Assembly: GCA_964016885.1 (NCBI GenBank)
Contig: OZ024753.1
Coordinates: 22,878,001-22,942,000 of the forward strand
DNA: 64,000 bases
Origin: Eledone cirrhosa
Lineage: Eukaryota
Reading direction: 5' to 3'
How positions within the stretch are numbered: the stretch's first letter is position 1; every line of letters begins with the position of its first letter. Positions 48,216 through 59,584 of this stretch are shown here, in pieces. The translations under genes and the position numbers were made by a program. The notes under the pieces are model-generated. The model did not search any database and was not told the origin of the DNA. It worked only from the letters and a program-made list of their open reading frames with translations.

Positions 48216-50488
48216 ACTTTCTTTTTATTTGCCACCAGGCATCAAAGAGTGGGACAAGTACAATGGGGGTAGTTTACATAAAAAGGCGTCCTCACTAAGG
48301 AGGAGGCAATAACAAAATATAAAAATATAAAATATAAAATATAAAATATAACAAAAATAAATTAAATAACAAAATCCTCAACAGAGAGGAGGTGCTTTGC
48401 CCCCCCCCCCCCGAAAAAAGTGTGCAACCCTTCTCCTCAGGAGCACAGAGAGAGAGGGTGCTCCATTGATCTTTCATCTTTCTCACCTACAGTCTGATGT
48501 AGAGTGAAGGCCCATTCACACGGGCCATTCTCGCCACTTTCACCCATTTTTCATAGAAACGGCTGGGGTGCAGTACCTCTCTCTCCATCCTTATCCTTCT
48601 TCCGAAATGATATCGGAAGAAACCGACCAGTTGTTGGCCAGAGAGAAAGGTGTCTGACCTCAGTCGTTTCAGACGCGTCCACCATACAACCTCTTTCGCC
48701 ATGGCTATTATGCACAGAAACACCACCTCTCCTTCGTTTTTGAAGAAGAAGAGGCGGCTTGATCGTTACAATAGACTCGGTGGTCAACCGGATCGATCCC
48801 ACCCGTGACAGCAGTCGTTCTTCATAGCCCCACAGATCGGCAATGCGTGTGCAACGGTTTCCTCGTCGCACACGCATCTGGGACAGATCTTTTTCGAGGG
48901 GTCCCTACCCGAGCGCTCGTGTCTGTAGGGCCGTTCTCGAACTATCCATAGGTCCCGCGCTGAATGTCCTACCGAACAGGTTGGCCAGTTCGTTTTCCTC
49001 CATGCCTAGGGCTTCTCCGAGGGCATCGTTCGAACCTGCTAACCACCAGCCCTCTATAGAATGACGAGGTGAATTCTCCAGTGACAGACGGGTCCGCCTG
49101 CCAGAGGGCAGTGAGCGACTGGGCACACTCGGTGTGCCAGGCGCCCAGTTTTCTCGGTCTTTGCTTGACCCAGGATTGCAGCTCGGTGAGCGAGACGAGT
49201 CTGGGAAAGGCTCGCCTCACAAACGGGGCCCACACCGGTTGACCTGTGAGGAATACCTGGAGGTGCCGTAGCCTTAATGCGTGTTTACGCATCAGCAGCC
49301 ACGGCACCCACAGCCCTCCTTTCGAAGGGTGTTGACAGCAGATGGATCTCCCCACCATAGGAGCCCGCTTCTTCCAAAGGAATTGGAAGAGTGCGCGCTC
49401 CATTTTGGCGAGCGTTTCCCTTGGGCAAGGCACAACGGTCAGGCGGTAGTAGATGACGGACGCTATATAAGTGTTCACCACCTCCGCCCGACATATCAGG
49501 GACAGTTTGCACTCGTCCCACTTCTGGGTCAGTGCAAACACCCTGTTCGTTACCTCACCCAAGTTCTTCTCCACCTGGAGGTCTGGTCCGAACCAGACCC
49601 CGAGAAACTTCACCGGGCCCTCCGTCCAGCGCCCGAGTTGCAGACCGATCGTGCCGAGTTGCAGACCGATCGACTTGTCCCGGTTCAGCTTAGCCCCTGT
49701 AAACCTTTCGTACTCCTCCAGTAAGGTGCCGATCGACACCATTACTGTTACGTCATCGGCGTAGGCCGACACCGCTTTCCGCAATCCCGGTTCCAACGGG
49801 ATGCCCTGCAACAACTCCAACTTCCGCAGCAGTGGCTCTAGAGTCACTACATACAGAAAGGAGGAGAGAGGGCACCCTTGTCGGATGGACCGCGCGATTT
49901 CGAACGGCTCCGAGAGGTAACCGTTCACCTTGACCCTAGAGCAGATGCGGCTGCTGTGCATGGCATTGGTCCAGCCCCTGAAAACGCGTTCGAAGCGTGC
50001 CGCCACTAGCACCGCATGCAGGTAACCATGGTCGACTCTATCGAACGCCTTAGATTGATCCAAGTTGATCAGGGCCCCAACAAAGCCTGGTTGGTTCCCA
50101 ACCCTCTCTATGATGTAACGCATGAGGTGGAGGTTGCGTGGATGGACCTGGACGAGATAGCACATGTCTGCGCATCTCCCACCAGGTTGCCCACGACAAG
50201 CGCCAACCTCTTTGCTAGCACCTTGGCCAAAATCTGTAACTCTGTATTTAGCAGAGTTATGGGCCTGAAATTATTTATATCGTCCCCCTTGTTCTCGTCC
50301 TTCCTCACTAGCGTGACTACGCCCTTGGTCACAGCACAGGGAATTCTCCCGTTCTGTTGCCAGTTGCAGTAGACCGCCTCGAAAAGATTGGGGAACAAGT
50401 CCGGCATAGCTAGATATAGTTCGTATGGAAGACCATCGAGACCCGGGGATTTGCGTTTGCCGCATTGACTCAGCACATCCTCTACCTC
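48216..50488 (-). mobile_element. 5'-truncated Tx1/L1-type LINE copy with 12-bp TSD
   Basis: Close to 53491-55861 (KSPGLDG, SKAFDRVDH, RQGCPLS, YADD) with deletions and frameshifts. AGTTGAGAGATA at 48204-48215 and 50489-50500. Confidence 0.95.
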
Positions 50489-50616
50489 AGTTGAGAGATA
50501 GAGTCCTATCGGTTGCCAGTTAATCGCTTTACCGTGTCGGTTGTCACAAACAGTCATGACCGGCGCGAGCCGGTGTTTGGATTATGTCGATGGATTTGTT
50601 AGTGATTAGACGATAG

Positions 50617-50701
50617 CCGCTGATGAAGCAGCATGATATATGCAGACAGATGGTGCAGTGCACCTTACTGCTGCATTAGTGCTGCAGAAACTCGAGTCCG
50701 G
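50617..50701 (+). ncRNA. Type I hammerhead motif with extended stem II
   Basis: CCG-CTGATGA-A-GCAGCA...TGCTGC-A-GAAA-CTCGAG-TC-CGG; palindromic ACTCGAGT and a GUC cleavage triplet. Confidence 0.7.
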
Positions 50702-51282
50702 AAACCTTATAGGCACCCGATTTACGTGTGTTGTGTTGAGGCAAATAACTATGCGTATACTTTGGTAATGTATCTTACATTGCCCATTGAGTACGCTGAG
50801 ATACAACCAGTAGTGGCATTGATAAATATGCTGGGTCCGTCAACCCTTATTATATATATATTTATATATATACAAATATAATTTCAGCGAGAATCGCATT
50901 TCGGCGAGTAGAAATTAGCGAAACGCAACTTCCGAATTGTGTTGGCGAGCGCTCAATGGATATGAAGCTGCCAGAGCTATAAGATAAGTTTAAAAGGCCA
51001 TACCAAACTGAGACGATGGTTAAGAAGCAATTAACCACCTAAGCCAAAAAAGCGAGCAAGCTAAGCGGGTCAAACAAAATAAGATATGATTGAAAAGTTT
51101 AGCCGGACCCCTCGGGACTGATGGTAAAATCCGATATAGGGTTTCTGCGACACCTAAATCAATAATACTGTCTGCTTATAAAAATACATAAGCTTTTGTA
51201 AAATGATCGAACAAGGATATCACTTTCTCAACAGGCATTTTGTTCTGCGCGCGCCAGGATCTCACAGTATTTGAAAGCACAT

Positions 51283-51376
<94 letters not shown>

Positions 51377-51399
51377 GAGTGATATATATAGAGAGAGAT

Positions 51400-51775
51400 T
51401 GTTGAACCAGTCTAAAGCGACATTTGTAGTATTGTCTGCAGACCGCCGGCAAACGTCTGAGAAGGTAATCACGCACAACACGCAGTACTGCCTGACCGGG
51501 GTTCTAACAATCATAAGCTGGAATGTCTTTCATTTTCCCTCGAAGGAGATGATGGTCTGCCCTGGCAGGTGTTGTGCGGATCCCATTAAGATTCTTGACA
51601 GTTATATGTACAATTCTCTGTTGGTGAAACATATTTGCTAATGGTGAGGACGAGATTATTGGTAATGTCCCCCACGTCATTGGTATGACGGAAACAGATG
51701 TTGAAGAGATGGAGGAATTAGAGAGGGGTTGAATCGTGCGTGTATGTTTCAGATTAATATTGATTTTAATCAATC
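51400..51775 (-). pseudogene. Possible decayed LINE ORF1 (gag-like) remnant
   Basis: Frame-hopping pieces (NLNGIRTT..KDIPAY, RQYCVLC) loosely resemble Tx1/L1 ORF1. Weak. Confidence 0.25.
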
Positions 51776-52297
51776 ACCCACATTTGTATACAAAGGAGAT
51801 ACTCAAGGTCAACTGTGGCCGTATTTGAAATGAGAACATAAAAGGAAAAGAAGGAAAATAGGTGTAAGTTATTCGGTTGTTAATGCTTCCGTCTTTACTG
51901 CACCACAGTAAACCGACATCGTAATTAGGGTCTTTACATTTTATTGCTGGAAGCTAAGATTTCAATTTGCAGCTTTTTTAATACTACTTCATCAGAATAG
52001 TTGACGTGGTGCCAATTTAAAATTAATGAGGTTACCACTTAGACAGACTATCACATTTATTTACTGTCAGGCAATCTAGATTTGAATACTAGAGCCAAAA
52101 TCTAAGAAATCATCCTAAAGTCTTTTATATTGCTCGACAGTGAAGTAAGCCACTTTCTATGGTGGGATATTCTCAGCCTTCGGCTATATCACATACTTTT
52201 CTGTCTGCCTGTGCGCTCTCACTCATAAATACACTCTCACTCACACACACACTCACTCACAGGCACTCTCTCTCTCACAAACACACACACACACACA

Positions 52298-52362
<65 letters not shown>

Positions 52363-52525
52363 GTACATACACTAATATATATACATGTATATATATATAT
52401 ATATATATATCTTTATATACACACACATACGTACATACACTATTGTATATACATCTATATATATATATTTATATACACACACATACGTACATACACTAAT
52501 GTATATACAGCTATATATATATATA

Positions 52526-52713
52526 GGGACGAGTAGGACCCAGAAGGTTCGACGGCTAATTCTGGACTAAAATTTAGTCCAGAATTAGCCATCGAAACAG
52601 CTTGAGCTCAGCCGTCGGGGTCCTACTCGTTCCTGTTACCCACTCTACTACCCTAAGTATTGAGTACTTTGGTGCGTTATGGTCCACCTGGTTCCTTACC
52701 ACATTTCCTTCGT
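52526..52713 (+). mobile_element. Second copy of the short palindrome-plus-tail Penelope-like family
   Basis: 52580-52713 is the reverse complement of 42396-42530. The hairpin centre differs (CTGGACTAAAATTTAGTCCAG). TA-rich flanks. Confidence 0.7.
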
Positions 52714-52771
52714 TATATATATATATTTATTTATATACACACACATACGTACACACACTAATGTATATACA

Positions 52772-52843
<72 letters not shown>

Positions 52844-52904
52844 ACTTCATATTCTGACCTTAAACACAAGATATTGTTCTAAACAATTTTATACAAACAC
52901 TGAC

Positions 52905-53205
52905 AAGTGTCTATATATATATATATACATCCTTGTCTACATATATATATATACCCTCGTCTATATATATATATCCTTATCTCTATATATATACATCCTT
53001 GTCTATATATATATATACATCCTTGTTTACATATATATATATATATATACATTATCGTCTATATATATACATACTTGTCTACATATATATACATCCATGT
53101 GTATAAATATATATCCTCATATATATATATACATCCTCGTCTCTCTCTCTCTATATATGTATATATATATATATATATTTATCCTTGTCTACATATATAT
53201 ACATC

Positions 53206-53298
<93 letters not shown>

Positions 53299-53327
53299 TT
53301 ATCCTTGTCTACATATATATACATCCT

Positions 53328-53369
<42 letters not shown>

Positions 53370-53393
53370 CTCGTCTATATATATATACCTCCT

Positions 53394-53424
<31 letters not shown>

Positions 53425-53490
53425 CGTCGTCTATATATATATATCCTCGTCTATATATATATACATCCTCGTCTATATATATATATATAT
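52905..53490. repeat. TA-rich satellite (TA)n-CATCCTYGTCTA
   Basis: The motif recurs between TA runs; the same family is at 59400-59880 and 62190-62600. Confidence 0.9.
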
Positions 53491-53822
53491 GTTTCTTTTA
53501 TTTTCCACCAGGGCATCAAAAGTGGGACAAGTACAAAGGGGGGAGTTTACACAAAAAGGCGTCCTCAATAAGGAGGAGGCAATAACAAAATATAAAAATA
53601 AAATAAAATATAACAAAAAATAAAATTTATAACAAAATCCTCAATAGAGAGGAGGCGCCTTGGGGGGTCGCACCCCCCCCCCCCCCGAAAAAAGTGTGCA
53701 ACCCTTTTCCTCAGGAGCACAGAGAGGGGGTGCCACCTCGTTCCTTCCTCTTTTCCACCTACAGGCTTATGTAAAGAGAAGGCCCATTCACACGGGCCAT
53801 TCTCGCCACTTTCACCCACCTT

Positions 53823-56800
53823 TCATAAAAACGACTGGGATGGAGCACCTCTCTCTCCATCCTGATCCTTCTTCCGAAATGATATCGGAAGAAACGGACC
53901 AGTTGTTGGCCAGAGAGAAAGGTGCCTGACCTCAGTCCTTTCAGACGCGTCCCACCATACAACCTCTTTCGCCACGCACAGAAACACCGCCTCTGCTTCA
54001 TCTTTGAAGGGGGGAGGCGGCTTGATCATTACAATAGACTCGGTGGTCAACCGGATCGGTCCCACCCTTGACAGCAGTTGTTCGACATAGCCCCACAGAT
54101 CGGCTACGCCCGAGCAGTGTACCAATGCTTGTGCAACGGTTTCCTCGTCGCATGCGCATCTGGGACAGATATTTTTGCCGTGTTCCATACCCGGGCGCCC
54201 GTGTTTGTAGAGCCTTTCTCGAACGGGTAAAGCCCCTCGGTAGCACTGCCAGGCCAGGGACTTCTGGAAGTTGTCCATAGGTCCCGGGCTGAATGTCCTA
54301 CCGAACAGGCTGGCCAGTTCGTCCTCCTCCATGTCTAGGGCTTCTCCGAGGGCGTCGTCGCACCTGCTGCGTACCAGCCCTCTATAGAATGTTGCGGTGG
54401 AGTCTCCACTGATAACCGGATCCGCCTGCCAGAGGGCGGTGAGAGCCTGGGCACACTCAGTGTGCCAGGCGCCCAGTTTTCTCGGTCTTTGCTTGACCCA
54501 GGATTGCAGCTCGGTGAGTGAGACGAGTCTGGGAAAGGTTCGTCTCACAAACGAGGCCCACACCGGTTGACCGGTGAGGAATACGTAGAGGTGCCGTAGC
54601 CTTAATGCGTGTTTACGCATCATTAGCCACGGCATCCCCAGCCCTCCTTTCGAAGGGTGTTGACAGCAGATGGATCTCCTCACCATAGGAGCCCGCCTCT
54701 TCCAAAGGAATTGGAAGAGTGCGCGCTCCATCTTGGTGAGGGTTTCCTTTGGGCAGGGCACTACGGTCAGGCGGTAGTAGATGACGGACGCTATGTAGGT
54801 GTTCGCCACCTCCGCCCGACCTTTCAGGGATAGTTTGCAACTGGCCCACTTCTGGGTCAGTGCAAACACCCTGTTCGTAACCTCCGCCCAGTTTTTCTCA
54901 ACCTGGAGGTCCGGTCCGAACCAGACCCCGAGCAACTTCACCGGGCCCTCCGTCCAGCGTCCGACGACGCCATCGGAGGGCATCGGTCTGCCCCTCCACG
55001 TGCCGAGTTGCAAACCGATCGACTTGTCCCGGTTCAGCTTAGCCCCTGTGAACCTTTCGTACTCCTCCAGTAAGGTGCCGACCGCCTCGATTTCGGAGGC
55101 CGTCGACACCATTACTGTCACGTCATCGGCGTAGGCCGACACCGCTTTCCGCAATCCCGGTTCCAAAGGGATGCCCTGCAACAACTCCAACTTCCGCAGT
55201 AGTGGCTCGAGAGTCAACACATACAGAAGGGAGGAGAGAGGGCACCCTTGTCGGATGGACCGCGCGATTTTGAACGGCTCCGAGAGGTAGCCGTTCACCT
55301 TGACCCTAGAGCAGATGCGGCTGCTGCGCATAGCAGTGATCCAGCCCCTGAAAACGGGTCCGAAGCCTGCCGCCGCTAGCACCGTATCCAGGTAACCATG
55401 GTCGACCCTATCGAACGCCTTAGATTGATCCAAGTCGATCAGAGCCCCACCAAAGCCGGGTTCGTTCCCAACCCTCTCTATGATGTATCGCAAGAGGTGG
55501 AGGTTGTCATGGATGGACCTGGACGGGATAGCGCATGTCTGCGCATCTCCCACCAGGTTGCCCACGACAAGCGCCAACCTCTTTGCTAGCACCTTGGCCA
55601 AAATCTGTAACTCTGTATTTAGCAGAGTTATGGGCCTGAAGTTACTTATTTCGTCCCCCTTGTTCTCGTCCTTCCTCACTAGCGTGACTACGCCCTTGGT
55701 CACAGTACAGGGAATTCTCCCGTTCTGTTGCCAGTTACAGTAGACCGCCTCGAGGAGATCGGGGAACAAGTCCGGCATAGCTAGATATAATTCGTAAGGA
55801 AGACCATCGAGACCCGGGGATTTGCGTTTGCCGCATTGGTTCAGCACGTCCTCTATCTCAGCGGCCGAAATCGGCTCCTCGCAGGACTTCGCCTCCCTGT
55901 CCGAGAGGCGCGGCAGGCCGTCGAGGTATGGACCGAAGTCTACGTTCCCAACCGGCTCCCCGCCCCTCCCGAACAGTCGGGCAAAGTGCCTTTGAAAGGC
56001 CTCACACATCTGCTTAGGCTCAAGAATCGCCCGTCCATCCAGGTCTCGCAAAGACCGGATGGTGGATTTAGTTCCACTGTTGGCCTCTGTCACGCGGGCC
56101 CAGCTAACAGCTTTGGTCCCCTCGTTCCCTAGAGCACGTATTTTACTTCGGACAACGCAGCCCTGGTGCTTCGCGTCGAAAAACTGGCTCAAAGCCGTTC
56201 TCGACGCTAGCACTCTGGCCACGTCGCCGCTTCTAATAGCCTCTTCTACTCTATCTATTAGCTCCCTTTCCTTCCTATTCCTATCCGCAGCTAGAACCTT
56301 ACTAAATTCTATCGAGACTACTCTAATCTCTCTCTTTAGAGATACCCACCACCTGCTGTTGACGATCGCTCCAGTCAACCGTTCCTTAACTAACGTACTA
56401 ATCCGATCCCTGTAGGCTCTACTTGCCGGCAAGGACAAGTTGAGCTTCCAGTAACCGGGACCCTGTCTATGCGTTCTATCAAGGTTGACCATGTAGGTCA
56501 CCAACTTGTGGTCTGAATAGCCAACCATGAGCATTTCTGGACAACTTAAAAAGTCCCTGTCCTTATTTCTAAGTAAAAATCTATCTAGGTACGACCTAGA
56601 TGATCTGCTGCGATTTGACCAAGACCAGGTTGGCACCGTCGGAAAATCTAGTCGAAATCTATCGGCCAGGTCAAATCGGCCGAGTAACCCCTTGAGGCTG
56701 TTGCACCCCTCTCTATCGGGACATGCCCCTGCATAGTCCCAACGTGCATCCAGGATACCATTCCAATCCCCCACTAAAAGCAGGGAACGGGACGTCCCTA

Positions 56801-57188
56801 GAAAAGGCTCCAGACGCTGGAAAAAGTCGGGCCGCTCAGTCCCAAAAGGGGCATATGCGGCTACCAGCCTAAAGGCTCTACCTTCACCACTGCCAAGGTC
56901 CAGCACCACCAGTCGACCCCCTGGGTCCAAGTGAACTATCTGTGTTGCAAGGCCCATATGTTTTTGCAGTAGAACGACAACCCCACCCCCACCTCCGGGC
57001 TGACAGAGAGATGCGTGCATCTCAAAGTCGTCAAAGGTGGGGGCTAGCTGTCGCATGCTGCTGATCCGGGCCTCGCAGATAACCATCACATTTATAGATT
57101 GTGACCTGAGGTCATTTAGAAGCATTGCTTGCTTCCAAGACGAGCCCAGGCCACGCGCATTTAGACACCCTACTCTTAGCACAGCCAT
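53823..57188 (-). CDS. LINE ORF2: APE endonuclease + reverse transcriptase + C-terminal zinc motif
   Basis: GCLNARGL, LVGDWN, YLDRFL, SDHKLV; KSPGLDG, FRPITLLN, SKAFDRVDH, RQGCPLS, YADD; CPRC..C. First ATG at 57188. A +1 frameshift near 53951 diverts the last ~60 aa; the true end is about 53759. Confidence 0.95.
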   Translation of the reverse strand: MAVLRVGCLNARGLGSSWKQAMLLNDLRSQSINVMVICEARISSMRQLAPTFDDFEMHASLCQPGGGGGVVVLLQKHMGLATQIVHLDPGGRLVVLDLGSGEGRAFRLVAAYAPFGTERPDFFQRLEPFLGTSRSLLLVGDWNGILDARWDYAGACPDREGCNSLKGLLGRFDLADRFRLDFPTVPTWSWSNRSRSSRSYLDRFLLRNKDRDFLSCPEMLMVGYSDHKLVTYMVNLDRTHRQGPGYWKLNLSLPASRAYRDRISTLVKERLTGAIVNSRWWVSLKREIRVVSIEFSKVLAADRNRKERELIDRVEEAIRSGDVARVLASRTALSQFFDAKHQGCVVRSKIRALGNEGTKAVSWARVTEANSGTKSTIRSLRDLDGRAILEPKQMCEAFQRHFARLFGRGGEPVGNVDFGPYLDGLPRLSDREAKSCEEPISAAEIEDVLNQCGKRKSPGLDGLPYELYLAMPDLFPDLLEAVYCNWQQNGRIPCTVTKGVVTLVRKDENKGDEISNFRPITLLNTELQILAKVLAKRLALVVGNLVGDAQTCAIPSRSIHDNLHLLRYIIERVGNEPGFGGALIDLDQSKAFDRVDHGYLDTVLAAAGFGPVFRGWITAMRSSRICSRVKVNGYLSEPFKIARSIRQGCPLSSLLYVLTLEPLLRKLELLQGIPLEPGLRKAVSAYADDVTVMVSTASEIEAVGTLLEEYERFTGAKLNRDKSIGLQLGTWRGRPMPSDGVVGRWTEGPVKLLGVWFGPDLQVEKNWAEVTNRVFALTQKWASCKLSLKGRAEVANTYIASVIYYRLTVVPCPKETLTKMERALFQFLWKRRAPMVRRSICCQHPSKGGLGMPWLMMRKHALRLRHLYVFLTGQPVWASFVRRTFPRLVSLTELQSWVKQRPRKLGAWHTECAQALTALWQADPVISGDSTATFYRGLVRSRCDDALGEALDMEEDELASLFGRTFSPGPMDNFQKSLAWQCYRGALPVRERLYKHGRPGMEHGKNICPRCACDEETVAQALVHCSGVADLWGYVEQLLSRVGPIRLTTESIVMIKPPPPFKDEAEAVFLCVAKEVVWWDASERTEVRHLSLWPTTGPFLPISFRKKDQDGERGAPSQSFL

Positions 57189-57365
57189 GTTGGTGGTAAG
57201 GAGAAAAGGCACTTACCTCTCTGCGTCCCGGGAAACGGGCCGCTCAATTTCCATGCTGGTTGGGGATGGGTTGTTGGGTGGGGTGGTGGTTTGTGGAAGT
57301 GAAGGGGCATCGGTGTGTCGTGGGGTTGGGGTGTTTGTGGTTGAGTGGGGTGGGGGGTGAATTTT

Positions 57366-58397
57366 TTAGGAGGACGCGGTTGCTTGGTTTGGCGCAGGGG
57401 GGGGGGGGGGGCCCACGTCCTCCGTGAAATTTATTTTCAGTGTTTTGTACAAGTGCATTGGGACTTTTATCATTTTTAAATGAGGTAGTCCCACAGCAGT
57501 TATAAAGTTAGGCCCTTCGGTTTGGACCGAAGGGTTTGCTGAAATTGTTTTCCGTAATTCTTTGTTGTCTGTGTTCATGTATGTGTATTGTAAGGTCTTT
57601 TTTGTGTGGCAGATAGTGTTGTGTGACAGGGAGGGATGGTTTGTGTGTAGTTTGTGTTCTCTTGGGGGGGGGGGGTTAAAGTTAACATGTGTGTCTGTGA
57701 TGGGTCTCCTCTTCTTTCTTTTTACTTGTTGGAAGGGATCTTTTTCGTCTTGCGACGAAAGGGGTTCGTCTTCCTTGTTGGGTGGGAGGGGTATGTTTTC
57801 TGGTAGTGTTTGCGGTGTGTGTGTTTTTGTATTTGTTTTGGGTGGGGAGGGATTGGGTGGGACGGTATTCTGTGTTATTTTTTCACGTGTTTGTTGTTGT
57901 TGTTGTGGTGGTGGTGGTGGTGGTGGCGGTGGGGTTGTTGGTTTTTGTTGTTGTTGTTGTTGTGGTTGTTGTTGTTGGGGCGGTGTTGGTGTTGGTAGCA
58001 GTGTTTTTTTCTGTGTGAGCTGGGGACAGGCAGCCCTCAGGTGACCTCTATTGCCACAGAGGTAACATGAGGAACGCCTACCCTCCACAATAATGTTGAG
58101 GTGGGTACGGTCATCCAGCATGACGCGCTCAGGAATTTGGGCGATGCGTTCTGGCCTTATTTGGGTCAGAACTTCGATGCTCGTTCCACTGAACGCGTCG
58201 CCGGATGCCTTCCCTATTGAAATGAGGTTGTCCTCGTCTAAATTGAGGAAGCCGGTTAGTAACCACCAGTAGTTTATGTTTGGGGTGATGGTGGTTATCC
58301 ATATCCTCTGGGTTTTTTTACCCATGTAGGTGGGGAAGAAGATGTAGTGTGTGGACCGAATTGGCGACAGAGAGTATTTTTTCGCCGCCAATTCGTC
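57366..58397 (-). CDS. LINE ORF1 (5'-truncated), zinc-knuckle nucleic-acid-binding protein
   Basis: CYLCGNRGHLRAAC (CX2CX4HX4C), P/Q-rich linker, basic FQQVKRKKRR. The frame runs into satellite DNA without a native start. Confidence 0.85.
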   Translation of the reverse strand, partial: DELAAKKYSLSPIRSTHYIFFPTYMGKKTQRIWITTITPNINYWWLLTGFLNLDEDNLISIGKASGDAFSGTSIEVLTQIRPERIAQIPERVMLDDRTHLNIIVEGRRSSCYLCGNRGHLRAACPQLTQKKTLLPTPTPPQQQQPQQQQQQKPTTPPPPPPPPPQQQQQTREKITQNTVPPNPSPPKTNTKTHTPQTLPENIPLPPNKEDEPLSSQDEKDPFQQVKRKKRRPITDTHVNFNPPPPREHKLHTNHPSLSHNTICHTKKTLQYTYMNTDNKELRKTISANPSVQTEGPNFITAVGLPHLKMIKVPMHLYKTLKINFTEDVGPPPPPAPNQATASS

Positions 58398-58479
58398 AGA
58401 CAAGGATGTATGTATAGGTAGACAACGATGTGTATATATGTAGACGAGGATGTATATATATATATATATGTAGACAAGG

Positions 58480-58537
<58 letters not shown>

Positions 58538-58710
58538 GTATGTATATTTTATATATGTGTGTATTTTATATGTATGTATATTTTATATATATGTATGTAT
58601 TTTATATATATATATATATATTATATATATATGTGTTTTATATATATGTATATATTATATATATATATATATATACTTGTGCGTACATATATATCTATAT
58701 ACACACCTGT
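58398..58710. repeat. Inverted TA-satellite units followed by degenerate (TA)n
   Basis: AGACAAGGATG and TAGACGAGGATG are reverse complements of the 52905-53490 motif. Confidence 0.85.
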
Positions 58711-59372
58711 ATGGATTTGTGTGTGTAGATGTGTGTGTGTCTGATGGGGTAGGTGTGAGTGTATGTACAAGTCAACCAACATAAGCCTTTTATTTCTAAA
58801 TTTTCTGAACTATCTAAGTATTATTTTAAGTATTACCACCCCACAATAATTCCTCAATTTGTATGTGTGGATGTGTGTGTGTGTCTGTGGGGGTGGGTGT
58901 GAGTGTACGTTCAAGCCAACCTACATAAGTCTTTTTATTTGTAAACTTTCTACTCTAACCATAATTTTCAGTAGCACCACTCCACATAAATTCCTCAATT
59001 TAAGAATCACCTGTCGTATCTATTTCATACTATTAACCTTAATTGAATATATATCTGACCAGGAATGCCTTTTGTGAAAATCAGTCATATGGAACTATTG
59101 TCATCTTGCCTGACGGTTTGAATTTTACAACACCACCTGCCTCTTTGAGGTCAAATACCAACCCTACTAGCATCTACAAACTGACCAATGAGAATTAAGA
59201 CTATTCCTGCTGACAACATTAAATTATTCCTAACAAGCTCATATGTCCCAACACGATAAACACAGAGTTGGCATATCTAAGAACTGGCTAACTGCCTGCT
59301 GAGGTCATAGCCATTCAATGGCCATCATCAAAATATATATAGCAGTAAATAAAGGATTATGAGTTTGTTTCG

Positions 59373-59376
<4 letters not shown>

Positions 59377-59416
<40 letters not shown>

Positions 59417-59518
59417 CTCGTCTACAGATATACACATCCTTGTCTACCTATATATACATCCTTGTCTACATATATATATATGCTTGTCTACATATATATA
59501 TATATATCCTTGTCTACA

Positions 59519-59584
<66 letters not shown>

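Larger units (their letters stand above)
53491..58397 (-). mobile_element. Near full-length Tx1/L1-clade non-LTR retrotransposon, truncated within ORF1
   Basis: ORF1 and ORF2 in tandem; 3' UTR with AATAAA ending directly at (AT)n. Confidence 0.96.
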
